DNA of 64,000 bases from Candidatus Nealsonbacteria bacterium (lineage in GTDB: Bacteria > Patescibacteriota > Minisyncoccia > Minisyncoccales > JAGMDC01): NCBI GenBank assembly GCA_030612885.1, contig JAUWMZ010000005.1:19-64018 (forward strand). The letters run 5' to 3'. Position numbers and translations under genes: made by a program. Below, one piece after another: positions 8,981-17,075 of the stretch. The notes under the pieces were generated by a model. That model had not been told where the DNA came from. It did not search any database and worked only from the letters and a program-made list of their open reading frames with translations. Positions within the stretch are counted from its first letter, which is position 1; every line of letters starts with the position of its first letter.

Positions 8981-9562
8981 ATGAATGGTTTTATAAATCC
9001 GCAACAAATCATAAAAAAACTCAATCTGAAATCTAATATGACAGCAGTTGATTTTGGCTGCGGTTCTGGCAGCTGGGTCTTGCCTTTGGCTGAAACATTA
9101 GAAGACGGCAAGGTCTATGCCATAGATATATTAGAAGAACCCCTGTCTGCTTTGCAAGGTAAAGCAAAAGCCAAGACCTTAGAAAATATTGAAACAGTTT
9201 TAGCTGATATAGAAAAAAATTCTAAACTTGAAGATGGAATTGCTGATTTGGTTTTAATGACAGACCTTTTGTTTGAAGTTGATGATGTTGAGGCGGTTTT
9301 AGAAGAAGGAAAAAGAGTTCTTAAAAAAGGAGGAAGAATTTTAGTAGTAGATTGGAAAAAAGATGTTGCTTTGGGTCCTAAGGAGGGGAGGGTCTTGCCA
9401 AGCGAAATTAAAAAACTTGCCAAAGATTTAGGACTAAAATTAACAGAACCTAGCACCAGAGCAAAGCTCGGTGCTGAGCTAGTCTCACACCGAAACGAAG
9501 TTTCTGGTGCGGGGGAATTTGAGGCAGGAACTTATCACTTTGCTCTGGTGTTTGAAAAATAG
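8981..9562 (+). CDS. Class I SAM-dependent methyltransferase
   Basis: Motif I VDFGCGSGSW and post-I/II acidic residues (YAIDI, DLVLMTD). Carries a GC-rich structured insert near the C-terminus. Confidence 0.7.
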   Translation: MNGFINPQQIIKKLNLKSNMTAVDFGCGSGSWVLPLAETLEDGKVYAIDILEEPLSALQGKAKAKTLENIETVLADIEKNSKLEDGIADLVLMTDLLFEVDDVEAVLEEGKRVLKKGGRILVVDWKKDVALGPKEGRVLPSEIKKLAKDLGLKLTEPSTRAKLGAELVSHRNEVSGAGEFEAGTYHFALVFEK

Positions 9563-9584
9563 TATAATATAATAAAAGAAAAAT

Positions 9585-9923
9585 ATGAATGGTAAAAAGA
9601 TATTATATTCATTTTTAATATTAGTGATGGGATTGATTTTTCTTTTGCCAGCAAGCGCCCAAATGGTAGAAATTGACAACCCAATAGAGTGGGACAACTT
9701 TACAGATTTAGCTTATGCTATTATAAAATTCATTTTTAATATTGCTTTAGCTGTTGTGCCAATAATGTTTATTATTGCCGGCTTATTTTTTATTACTGCT
9801 GCCGGCGACCCGGAGAAAATTAAAAAAGCCAAAGATATGGTTTTATGGACAATAATAGGGTTTATGGTTATTTTGATGGCTACTGGAATAATTCAGGCAA
9901 TTCAAGAAATTTTTGAAGAATAA
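9585..9923 (+). CDS. Small membrane protein, TrbC/VirB2-like (T4SS-pilin-like) family
   Basis: Signal peptide, then two TM helices flanking ITAAGDPEKIKKAKDM. Paralogue of 10036-10398. Confidence 0.45.
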   Translation: MNGKKILYSFLILVMGLIFLLPASAQMVEIDNPIEWDNFTDLAYAIIKFIFNIALAVVPIMFIIAGLFFITAAGDPEKIKKAKDMVLWTIIGFMVILMATGIIQAIQEIFEE

Positions 9924-10035
9924 TTGTATAGTAATTTAAAATAAGGTATAATAATTTAAAATAAAGTTTGCCCTTTTATATCATAAAAAGGACAGGAAAA
10001 GGTCGAGTGAAAACAAAAGTTAATAAATTAATTTT

Positions 10036-10398
10036 ATGAAAAAAATTATTTCCAAAGGAATCAAGGTTCTTGCCAAAGGCAAGGTTCTTATTTCCGCATT
10101 AGTTCTAGCAAGTTTATTAGTTTTACCTGTAATTGGATTTGCAGCTGAAGAAACGCCGCCTGATATTCCTATATGGGACGCATTAGACACAATTACTAGT
10201 TATCTTTTTGGTCTTTTGATAGTAATAGCAGTTATGTTTTTGATTCTTGCTGCTATTCAGTATGTTACTGCTGCCGGAGATCCGGAAAAAATAAAAGCAG
10301 CTCATCAGAAAGTTTTATATTCTTTAATAGGCATAATAGTTGGAGTATTAGCTGTGGGATTAGTAAAATTTATACGAATGATGGTAGGAGACGTTTAA
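10036..10398 (+). CDS. Small membrane protein, TrbC/VirB2-like (T4SS-pilin-like) family
   Basis: Same architecture as 9585-9923, with VTAAGDPEKIKAAHQK between two TM helices. Confidence 0.45.
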   Translation: MKKIISKGIKVLAKGKVLISALVLASLLVLPVIGFAAEETPPDIPIWDALDTITSYLFGLLIVIAVMFLILAAIQYVTAAGDPEKIKAAHQKVLYSLIGIIVGVLAVGLVKFIRMMVGDV

Positions 10399-10422
10399 GA
10401 TTTTATTTTGAAATTATTAAAA

Positions 10423-10464
10423 ATCAACTCAGGCTGCTTTTCAAAGCAGCTGGGTTGATTTTTT
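10423..10464 (+). terminator. Terminator-like hairpin after the pilin-like gene
   Basis: atcaactcaggctgc...gcagctgggttgat followed by T6. Confidence 0.5.
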
Positions 10465-10493
10465 GTTTAAAAGCGATAGGATATAATAAAAAG

Positions 10494-10575
10494 GCCGCGG
10501 TGGCGGAATTGGCAGACGCGCTGGGTTTAGGACCCAGTGGGGAAACCCATGAGAGTTCAAATCTCTCCTGCGGCA
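10494..10575 (+). tRNA. tRNA-Leu (UAG)
   Basis: Hand-folded cloverleaf: acceptor GCCGCGG/CTGCGGC, anticodon arm CTGGG-TTTAGGA-CCCAG, long variable arm, T arm GAGAG-TTCAAAT-CTCTC, A73. No encoded CCA. Confidence 0.9.
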
Positions 10576-10594
10576 CTAAAAAACGGACTTAACA

Positions 10595-10619
10595 AAAAAC
10601 GGAGCTTAGCTCCGTTTTT
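10595..10619. terminator. Bidirectional terminator-like hairpin between tRNA-Leu (+) and hsp20 (-)
   Basis: aaaaacggagc-tta-gctccgttttt, with A/T runs on both sides. Confidence 0.55.
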
Positions 10620-10625
10620 AAGCAT

Positions 10626-11171
10626 TTAAGTTTTTATAGTGACTTTTCTTTTCTTTTTTCTTTGAATTTTTGGAATTCTGATAGTCAAAATCCCATCTTT
10701 CATTATTGCTTCAACTCGAGAATTGTCTACTTCTTCCTGAAGTATCATCCTTTTATAAAAAGGTCCCCAATAGCACTCTTGATAAAAGTAATTTTTTTCC
10801 TCGTCTTCATTTGGTTTTTTTCTATTTCCTTCTATAGTTAGAACGTCATTTTCAATAACAATATCCAAGTTTTCCGGCCTAACTCCAGCCACGGCTGACT
10901 GAATCACTAAATCAGTTTTAGTTTGATAAACGTCAATTGCCAATTCTCCTTTTTGCTCAAACCATTTTTTTTCACCCTCCGTAGCCTTGGCGAAGGAGGG
11001 CCTTTTTTTATCTTCTATTATCGTTTCTTCAATTTCCTCTTTAATTTTTACCTTTTTCTTTTTTGCTTTTTGCTTTTTTTCTGATTTTTCTGTTTTATCC
11101 TCATTTGCTAAAATTTCAGACGATTCTTCTTCAACCCCAATATTTTTTTTTAATTTTTCTAAAAAAGACAC
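10626..11171 (-). CDS. Hsp20/alpha-crystallin family small heat-shock protein with K/E-rich N-terminal extension
   Basis: ACD signature: AIDVYQTKTDLVIQSAVAGVRPENLDIVIENDVLTIEGNRK...ILTIRIPK. Confidence 0.85.
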   Translation of the reverse strand: MSFLEKLKKNIGVEEESSEILANEDKTEKSEKKQKAKKKKVKIKEEIEETIIEDKKRPSFAKATEGEKKWFEQKGELAIDVYQTKTDLVIQSAVAGVRPENLDIVIENDVLTIEGNRKKPNEDEEKNYFYQECYWGPFYKRMILQEEVDNSRVEAIMKDGILTIRIPKIQRKKKRKVTIKT

Positions 11172-11279
11172 AGTTTATAAATTTCTAATTTCTATTAAAT
11201 TTCTAATGATTCAATTTCTAATTTTTATTTAATTGAAAATTTAGTCATTGAGAATTTAATGAAAATTGAAAATTGAAAA

Positions 11280-12074
11280 TTAGTTAATCTTGCATACGCT
11301 TTTCATTTTTTTGAGCTTTTTAAAAGCCAAAGAAACAAAAAGAGCAAGTGATATTAAGATAAGAGCTGGTATTAAAATCTTTAGACCTCCTTCAAATACT
11401 ATTATAGAATAATTAAATAATCCATGCAAGAAAGTAGCTATTATCAAACCAACAAAAAGCAAGTTAAATCGTTTTTTTACTTCAAAAATAGATAAAGCCA
11501 AAAAATAACCTATTGTTGCTGAACAGAGAGCATGCAAAAAGACTGCTCCCAAAAATCTTATGGCGGTTATTTGAAAAGTTTCGGAAAATTTAATGACAGG
11601 GAATAAATGAGGAAAGAGATATAAGATATTTTCCAAAGCGGCAAAGCCCAATCCGGCAATAATCATATAAATCATAGCATCTACTGGTTCGTCAAATTCA
11701 GGGTCATTTAGAACTTTACATCTTACTACTAAGTATTTGAAGGTTTCCTCTACAAAAGCTATTCCGATAATACTGTACAAGAAAAACATCAAAAGAGAAG
11801 AAGAACTTAAATTAGATATCTGGAGAAATCCTTGTCTTAAAAGCTGGGAGATTTCGCTGGGAGAAGGGGAAACAGAAAACAAAAGTGACAGAACATCAAA
11901 ACCTTTTGAAAAACACATTTCTAAGAAAAGAGCAGGTATAGTGATAATTGCCCCGCAGAAAAATATCTTTAAAACCATTCTTTTTGGCTCCGGATGGACA
12001 TCTTTCTGCAGATAATATGAAAGCCAGATTATGCTTGGAGCCAGACCAAAAACTATAAGGAGAATATAATTCAT
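11280..12074 (-). CDS. PrsW-family intramembrane metalloprotease
   Basis: Polytopic protein with FVEETFKY and HALCSATIGY motifs, typical of PrsW (EExxK/R ... H). Confidence 0.7.
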   Translation of the reverse strand: MNYILLIVFGLAPSIIWLSYYLQKDVHPEPKRMVLKIFFCGAIITIPALFLEMCFSKGFDVLSLLFSVSPSPSEISQLLRQGFLQISNLSSSSLLMFFLYSIIGIAFVEETFKYLVVRCKVLNDPEFDEPVDAMIYMIIAGLGFAALENILYLFPHLFPVIKFSETFQITAIRFLGAVFLHALCSATIGYFLALSIFEVKKRFNLLFVGLIIATFLHGLFNYSIIVFEGGLKILIPALILISLALFVSLAFKKLKKMKSVCKIN

Positions 12075-12075
12075 A

Positions 12076-13221
12076 TTAATTTGTCCTTAAGTTAGCGTTA
12101 ACTTTAATATTTTTCCAATCTTTAGCTTCTTTTTTATGGAAATAAGCTGTTATTGCTATCATAGCGGCATTGTCAGTACAAAATTGGATATTAGGTTTTA
12201 GATACTGGATATTAGATAATTCTTTTTTGATTTTTTCTTCAAATTGTTTTCTTAATTCCTGATTAGCGGTTACACCGCCGCCGAGGATAATTGTTTTCAC
12301 TTTATAATCCTTTGCTGATTTAATGGTTTTTTTGATTAAAACATCAATTACTGATTGTTGAATTTCTCTGCACATTGCTTGGATATATATCTTTGATTTT
12401 TTAACTTTAGAGTTTTGTTTTTTAAAATTATAAAGGACAGCTGTTTTTAATCCTGAAAAACTGAAGTCGTAATCCTTTGAGTAAATCATTGGCCTGGGTA
12501 GTTTCACCCTGTTAAATAAAATCTCTGATTTTCTTTTGCTGGAAGCAAAAGATTTAACAGGGTTAATTTTAGCTGCTTCAGCAGCAATAGCTGGGCCGCC
12601 TGGGTAACCTAACCCTAAAATTCTGGCTGTTTTGTCAAAACACTCTCCAGCAGCATCATCTCTTGTTTCACCCAAAATTTTGTATTTTCCGAAATCTCGC
12701 ATCAATATCAATTGTGTGTGCCCACCAGACACAACTAAACAAACTGCAGGAAAAAGTTTTTCGCGTGGTTTCGTGTAATGTTTTGCGTTGTTTCGCGTCT
12801 CGCCAACGAAGTTGGCGAGGATATGCGCTTCAATATGGTTCACTGGTATAATTTTTATATTCCATAAATGAGCTAATGCCTTGGCAAAATTTACTCCTGT
12901 CCATAAGCATGGTTCCAATCCAGGTCCTATTGTTACGGCAATAAAATCAATTTTCGGTTTGATGAAGTTTTTTATTCCTGCCTTTTTAAAAGCTTTTTTT
13001 AAAACAGGCAAAAGATTTTTCTGGTGTTCTCTTTTTGCCATTGTCGGATACACTCCTCCATATTTCTTATGAATTTCTGCCTGCGACGAGACAATATTAG
13101 AAAGGATTTCTATTTTTTGCTTTTTGATATTTAATATACTTACGCAGGTATCATCGCAAGATGTTTCAATAGCTAAGATAATCATTGCTGTTATCTTATC
13201 ATTCAGCTTGATTTTTTTCAA
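12076..13221 (-). CDS. tsaD: tRNA N6-adenosine threonylcarbamoyltransferase TsaD
   Basis: ILAIETSCDDT, HIEAH, VSGGHTQL, GGVTAN. The start could instead be the internal Met at 13185. Contains a GC-rich in-frame insert. Confidence 0.9.
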   Translation of the reverse strand: MKKIKLNDKITAMIILAIETSCDDTCVSILNIKKQKIEILSNIVSSQAEIHKKYGGVYPTMAKREHQKNLLPVLKKAFKKAGIKNFIKPKIDFIAVTIGPGLEPCLWTGVNFAKALAHLWNIKIIPVNHIEAHILANFVGETRNNAKHYTKPREKLFPAVCLVVSGGHTQLILMRDFGKYKILGETRDDAAGECFDKTARILGLGYPGGPAIAAEAAKINPVKSFASSKRKSEILFNRVKLPRPMIYSKDYDFSFSGLKTAVLYNFKKQNSKVKKSKIYIQAMCREIQQSVIDVLIKKTIKSAKDYKVKTIILGGGVTANQELRKQFEEKIKKELSNIQYLKPNIQFCTDNAAMIAITAYFHKKEAKDWKNIKVNANLRTN

Positions 13222-13247
13222 ATTTTAAGTTAAAATAATAGTAATTT

Positions 13248-13319
13248 GGCGCTATCGTCTAACGGTTAGGACACTGCCCTTTCACGGCAAAAATCGGAGT
13301 TCGATTCTCCGTAGCGCTA
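13248..13319 (+). tRNA. tRNA-Glu (UUC)
   Basis: GGCGCTA-TC-GTCT-AACGGTTA-GGAC...anticodon loop CTTTCAC...CGGAG-TTCGATT-CTCCG-TAGCGCT-A. G1:U72 pair. No encoded CCA. Confidence 0.85.
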
Positions 13320-13325
13320 CTATGT

Positions 13326-14012
13326 ATGCATCCTAAATATAAAAAGGCAATTGAATTACGTTTAGCCGGTAAAAGTTATGGTGAGGTAGCAAAAATTTTA
13401 GATGTTTCTAAGGGTTCACTTAGTTTATGGTTTAAAAATCTAAAACTTCCGAGGGCTACTCAAAAACTTCTTGAAGAAAAAATGAGAATTGCCAGAGAGC
13501 ATAATTTATTTGAAAATAATCGGCGACGCACGCGCGCTATTAGAATCGAAAACCAACAAATAAGAAAAAATGCTTCTAATGAAATTCACTCATTATCTAA
13601 ATATGAATTATTATTGATTGGAACCGCGCTTTACTGGGGTGAAGGGTGGAAAAGACAAGATAAAAATCCAAGCCCTTATATTTGTTTTGCAAATTCTGAT
13701 CCAGATATGATAAAAGTATTTATCCGTTTTTTGCGAGAAGTTATTGGAGCACCCAAAGAGAAATTACGAGGCAATATTCATATTTATCCGAATATTGATG
13801 CAAAATCAGCTATTAATTTTTGGAGTAAGATAACAGCTATTCCAAAGGAGCGGTTTCATATTACAACCCAAGTAAGTAAAGCGAGTAAGGGAAAACGTCC
13901 TCGAAATTCACTTCCTTATGGTACGCTTAGATTAGATGTTAGTGGTCGCCCAAAATTTTTCCAAATTAAGGGTTGGATTAACGGTTTAATAAAACAAAAT
14001 AAGTTATTATAA
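13326..14012 (+). CDS. HTH domain + LAGLIDADG-like homing-endonuclease-related protein
   Basis: N-terminal HTH (LAGKSYGEVAKILDVSKGSLSLW). Later LLIGTALYWGEGWK and FANSDPDMIKVFIRFL resemble LAGLIDADG-type cores. Family call made by eye only. Confidence 0.4.
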   Translation: MHPKYKKAIELRLAGKSYGEVAKILDVSKGSLSLWFKNLKLPRATQKLLEEKMRIAREHNLFENNRRRTRAIRIENQQIRKNASNEIHSLSKYELLLIGTALYWGEGWKRQDKNPSPYICFANSDPDMIKVFIRFLREVIGAPKEKLRGNIHIYPNIDAKSAINFWSKITAIPKERFHITTQVSKASKGKRPRNSLPYGTLRLDVSGRPKFFQIKGWINGLIKQNKLL

Positions 14013-14013
14013 T

Positions 14014-16182
14014 CTATTCCAGATGGATTCTTTCTCTAAATTCCTTTAATCGCTCTTCTAAAAAAGAGTGATTTTTTAATTCCGGGTCTTGTTCTAATAA
14101 TTCTTTAGCTGCTTGTCTTGTTTTTTCTATTAAAAACACATCTTTTAGCGAATCCATTATCATATCCGGAATACCCCATTGTCTGGCGCCGGAAAAATCG
14201 CCCGGTCCTCTGATTTTTAAGTCCTTTTCAGCTAATTCAAAACCATTTTCAGAAGAAATAAGGGCTTTTAACCGTTGATGAGTTCTCTTGGCCGGTGAAT
14301 CAGTAAATAAAAAACACCAGGACTGAAATTTTGACCTGCCGACTCTTCCGCGAAATTGATGAAGCTGGGCCAATCCAAATCTTTCTGCTCCCTCTATAAC
14401 CATTACTGTTGCATTAGGGACATCAATACCAACTTCAATTACTGATGTGGAAACCAAAATATCTATTTTTCTGTTTTTAAAGCCAATCATTATCTTTTCT
14501 TTTTCTTTTGGCCTCATTTTTCCGTGGAGCATTTCAAGTTTTAATTTTGGAAAAACTTCTTTTGATAATCTTTCATATTCTTCTTTTACTGATTTTACTT
14601 CGGTCCAACTAGAAATTTTATTTTTTGTGATTTCAGATTTTCCAGATTCAATTCTGGGATAAATTACAAAAATCTGTCTTCCTTTTTTAACCTCTTTTTT
14701 TATAAATCCATAGGCCTTTTTTCTATTCGCTGGCGCAATAACTTTAGTAATTATTTTTTTTCTTCCTTTCGGCAGTTCATCAATTAAAGATAAATCCAGG
14801 TCGCCGTAAATAGTTAAAGCCAAACTTCGGGGGATAGGCGTGGCAGTCATAGAAAGCAAATGGGGAATGAGGGACAGTCCCTCCCCTGTCCCTCCCCTGT
14901 CCCTCATTAGATGAGCTCGTTGCTCTACTCCAAATCTATGCTGTTCATCTAAAATTACCAAAGCTAAATTTCCAAATTTTACTTTGTCCTGAATCAGAGC
15001 GTGAGTGCCGATTAAAATATTAATATCACCCTTAATTGTTTTTTCCAGTAATTTAGCTCGGGAGATTTCTATTGTTTCACCTTTTAATTTCTTTGAGATA
15101 AATTTATCTTCTTTTCCGGTTAAAAATCCTATATTGATATTAAAATCTTTGAATCGGGAACTTACTTCTTTAAAATGCTGTTTGGCTAAAATTTCAGTTG
15201 GAGCCATAAAAGCAACTTGATAACCAGCTTTTATAGTTTCCAGGGCAGCCATCAAAGCAACTACAGTTTTTCCAGAGCCAACATCTCCTTCTAAAAGCCG
15301 GTTCATTGGCCGGGGTTTCTCTAAATCTTTTAAAATCTGCCAGCTTGATTTTCTTTGGGCGTCAGTTAATTTAAAAGAGAGAGTTTTTAGAAATTTTTTA
15401 ACTAATTCAATATCCATAGGAATAACTCTTGCTTTTTCTTTATTCAATGCCATTCTTGCTCGTAAGACTGCCAATTCAATCAAAAACAGTTCTTCAAAAG
15501 AAAATCGTTTTTGCGCTCTTTCAGCTAAATTTATTGAATCAGGAAAATGAATCTGCCAAATGGCTTTTTCTATAGTTAAAAGTTTGTTTTCTTTGATGAT
15601 TTTTTGAGGCAGAATTTCTGGTATTTTATTTCTGAAGTTTATTAAAAGCGGCTTAATAATATATCGCAGCCATCGCGAAGATAATCGTTCGGTTTCAGGA
15701 TAAACTGGCACAATTCTGCCGGTATGAGTAAAGTTAATCATTGATAATTTATCATTTATCATTGGAAGTTTCTCATAAACTGGATTGGACAGATACAGTC
15801 CATCATCTCCCGTAACTGCTTTTCCAGCTAAACAAACATTATCTTTTATTTTTAAAGTTTTTGTTAAATAGGGTTGGTTGAACCAAACAACTTTTATAGC
15901 GCCAGTTTTATCCTGAACTATTGCCTTAGTTAAAAACATTCTTCTTTTCCATGTTCTGCTGTTTTTAATTTCTAATATTTTTCCCAAGATGCAATAGTTT
16001 TCGTTTATTTTTACTTTTGAGATAGGAACAATATTAGAAAAATCCTCATAACGATGAGGAAAATGATATAAAATGTCCCGGATTGTTTTAATTCCTAATT
16101 TCTTTAGTTTTTTCTGAAAAACCGGCCCAATTCTGGGTATTTGTTCAATCGGAGTTGATAAGTTCATTGCCATTGTCTTCAT
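14014..16182 (-). CDS. recG: ATP-dependent DNA helicase RecG
   Basis: Wedge/OB N-terminus, then helicase motifs GDVGSGKT, DEQHRFGV, MTATPIPRS and QLHQFRGRVGR. Confidence 0.9.
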   Translation of the reverse strand: MKTMAMNLSTPIEQIPRIGPVFQKKLKKLGIKTIRDILYHFPHRYEDFSNIVPISKVKINENYCILGKILEIKNSRTWKRRMFLTKAIVQDKTGAIKVVWFNQPYLTKTLKIKDNVCLAGKAVTGDDGLYLSNPVYEKLPMINDKLSMINFTHTGRIVPVYPETERLSSRWLRYIIKPLLINFRNKIPEILPQKIIKENKLLTIEKAIWQIHFPDSINLAERAQKRFSFEELFLIELAVLRARMALNKEKARVIPMDIELVKKFLKTLSFKLTDAQRKSSWQILKDLEKPRPMNRLLEGDVGSGKTVVALMAALETIKAGYQVAFMAPTEILAKQHFKEVSSRFKDFNINIGFLTGKEDKFISKKLKGETIEISRAKLLEKTIKGDINILIGTHALIQDKVKFGNLALVILDEQHRFGVEQRAHLMRDRGGTGEGLSLIPHLLSMTATPIPRSLALTIYGDLDLSLIDELPKGRKKIITKVIAPANRKKAYGFIKKEVKKGRQIFVIYPRIESGKSEITKNKISSWTEVKSVKEEYERLSKEVFPKLKLEMLHGKMRPKEKEKIMIGFKNRKIDILVSTSVIEVGIDVPNATVMVIEGAERFGLAQLHQFRGRVGRSKFQSWCFLFTDSPAKRTHQRLKALISSENGFELAEKDLKIRGPGDFSGARQWGIPDMIMDSLKDVFLIEKTRQAAKELLEQDPELKNHSFLEERLKEFRERIHLE

Positions 16183-16242
16183 TTTATATTATTATAAGAT
16201 AATTAACAATAAAACCGCAAAAACACCATTTACAAACACCGG

Positions 16243-17022
16243 GTGTTTATGAAAGAGCACAAAAAAATGAGGAACAATAAATTTTATGTGATTTTCACTG
16301 ATTTGGACGGAACTCTGCTTGATGATAATTATTCCTATAAAGATGCCTTGCCGGTTTTGAGGGTTTTAAATAAAAGAAAAATACCTCTGGTTTTCTGCTC
16401 TGCTAAAACAAAAGCAGAACAGGAATTTTTTCAAAAAAAGATGGAGATAAACCATCCTTTTATTGTTGAAAACGGTTCAGCCATCTATATTCCCAATAAA
16501 TATTTTAAAAGAGAAAAAGGAAAGAAAAAAAGTAATTATAGAATAATTGTTTTAGATAATAAATCTGATAAAATAAGAAAAGAAATTAAAAGGCTTCAAA
16601 AAAAATATAAGATAAAAGCCTTTTATGATATATCTGAAAAAGAGATTTCCAAAATAACAGGGCTTGATTTCAAAAAATCAGGATTGGCGAAACTGGCAAA
16701 GGATAGGGAATTTGGAGAAACAATAGTAGAGGCAGACAAGGAAGCATTAAAAGAATTAAAAAAGAAATTCAATGTTGTTAGCGGAGGCAGATTTATTCAG
16801 GTTTTTGGCAAAAAAGCAGATAAAGGAAAAGCAGTCAGGATATTAACTGAAATGTATAAAAAAGAGTTTAGAAAAGTAATAACCATAGGAATAGGAAATT
16901 CTGAAAACGATAAGCCAATGTTAAAAAATGTAGATGTGCCTGTTCTTCTTAAGGATGGTCCCAGAGAATGGGCGGAATTTATCCAGCACCTTTTCGAATA
17001 TCCACCGTTTGGAGTGAAGTAA
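16243..17022 (+). CDS. HAD-IIB phosphatase, mannosyl-3-phosphoglycerate phosphatase family
   Basis: FTDLDGTLLD, CSAKT and GIGNSENDKPML motifs. Neighbours a GH38 mannosidase gene. Confidence 0.6.
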   Translation: MFMKEHKKMRNNKFYVIFTDLDGTLLDDNYSYKDALPVLRVLNKRKIPLVFCSAKTKAEQEFFQKKMEINHPFIVENGSAIYIPNKYFKREKGKKKSNYRIIVLDNKSDKIRKEIKRLQKKYKIKAFYDISEKEISKITGLDFKKSGLAKLAKDREFGETIVEADKEALKELKKKFNVVSGGRFIQVFGKKADKGKAVRILTEMYKKEFRKVITIGIGNSENDKPMLKNVDVPVLLKDGPREWAEFIQHLFEYPPFGVK

Positions 17023-17075
17023 AAAAATACCCTTCCGAAAAGGTGCTGGATTTATTAAGAGTTTTGTTTTAAAAT

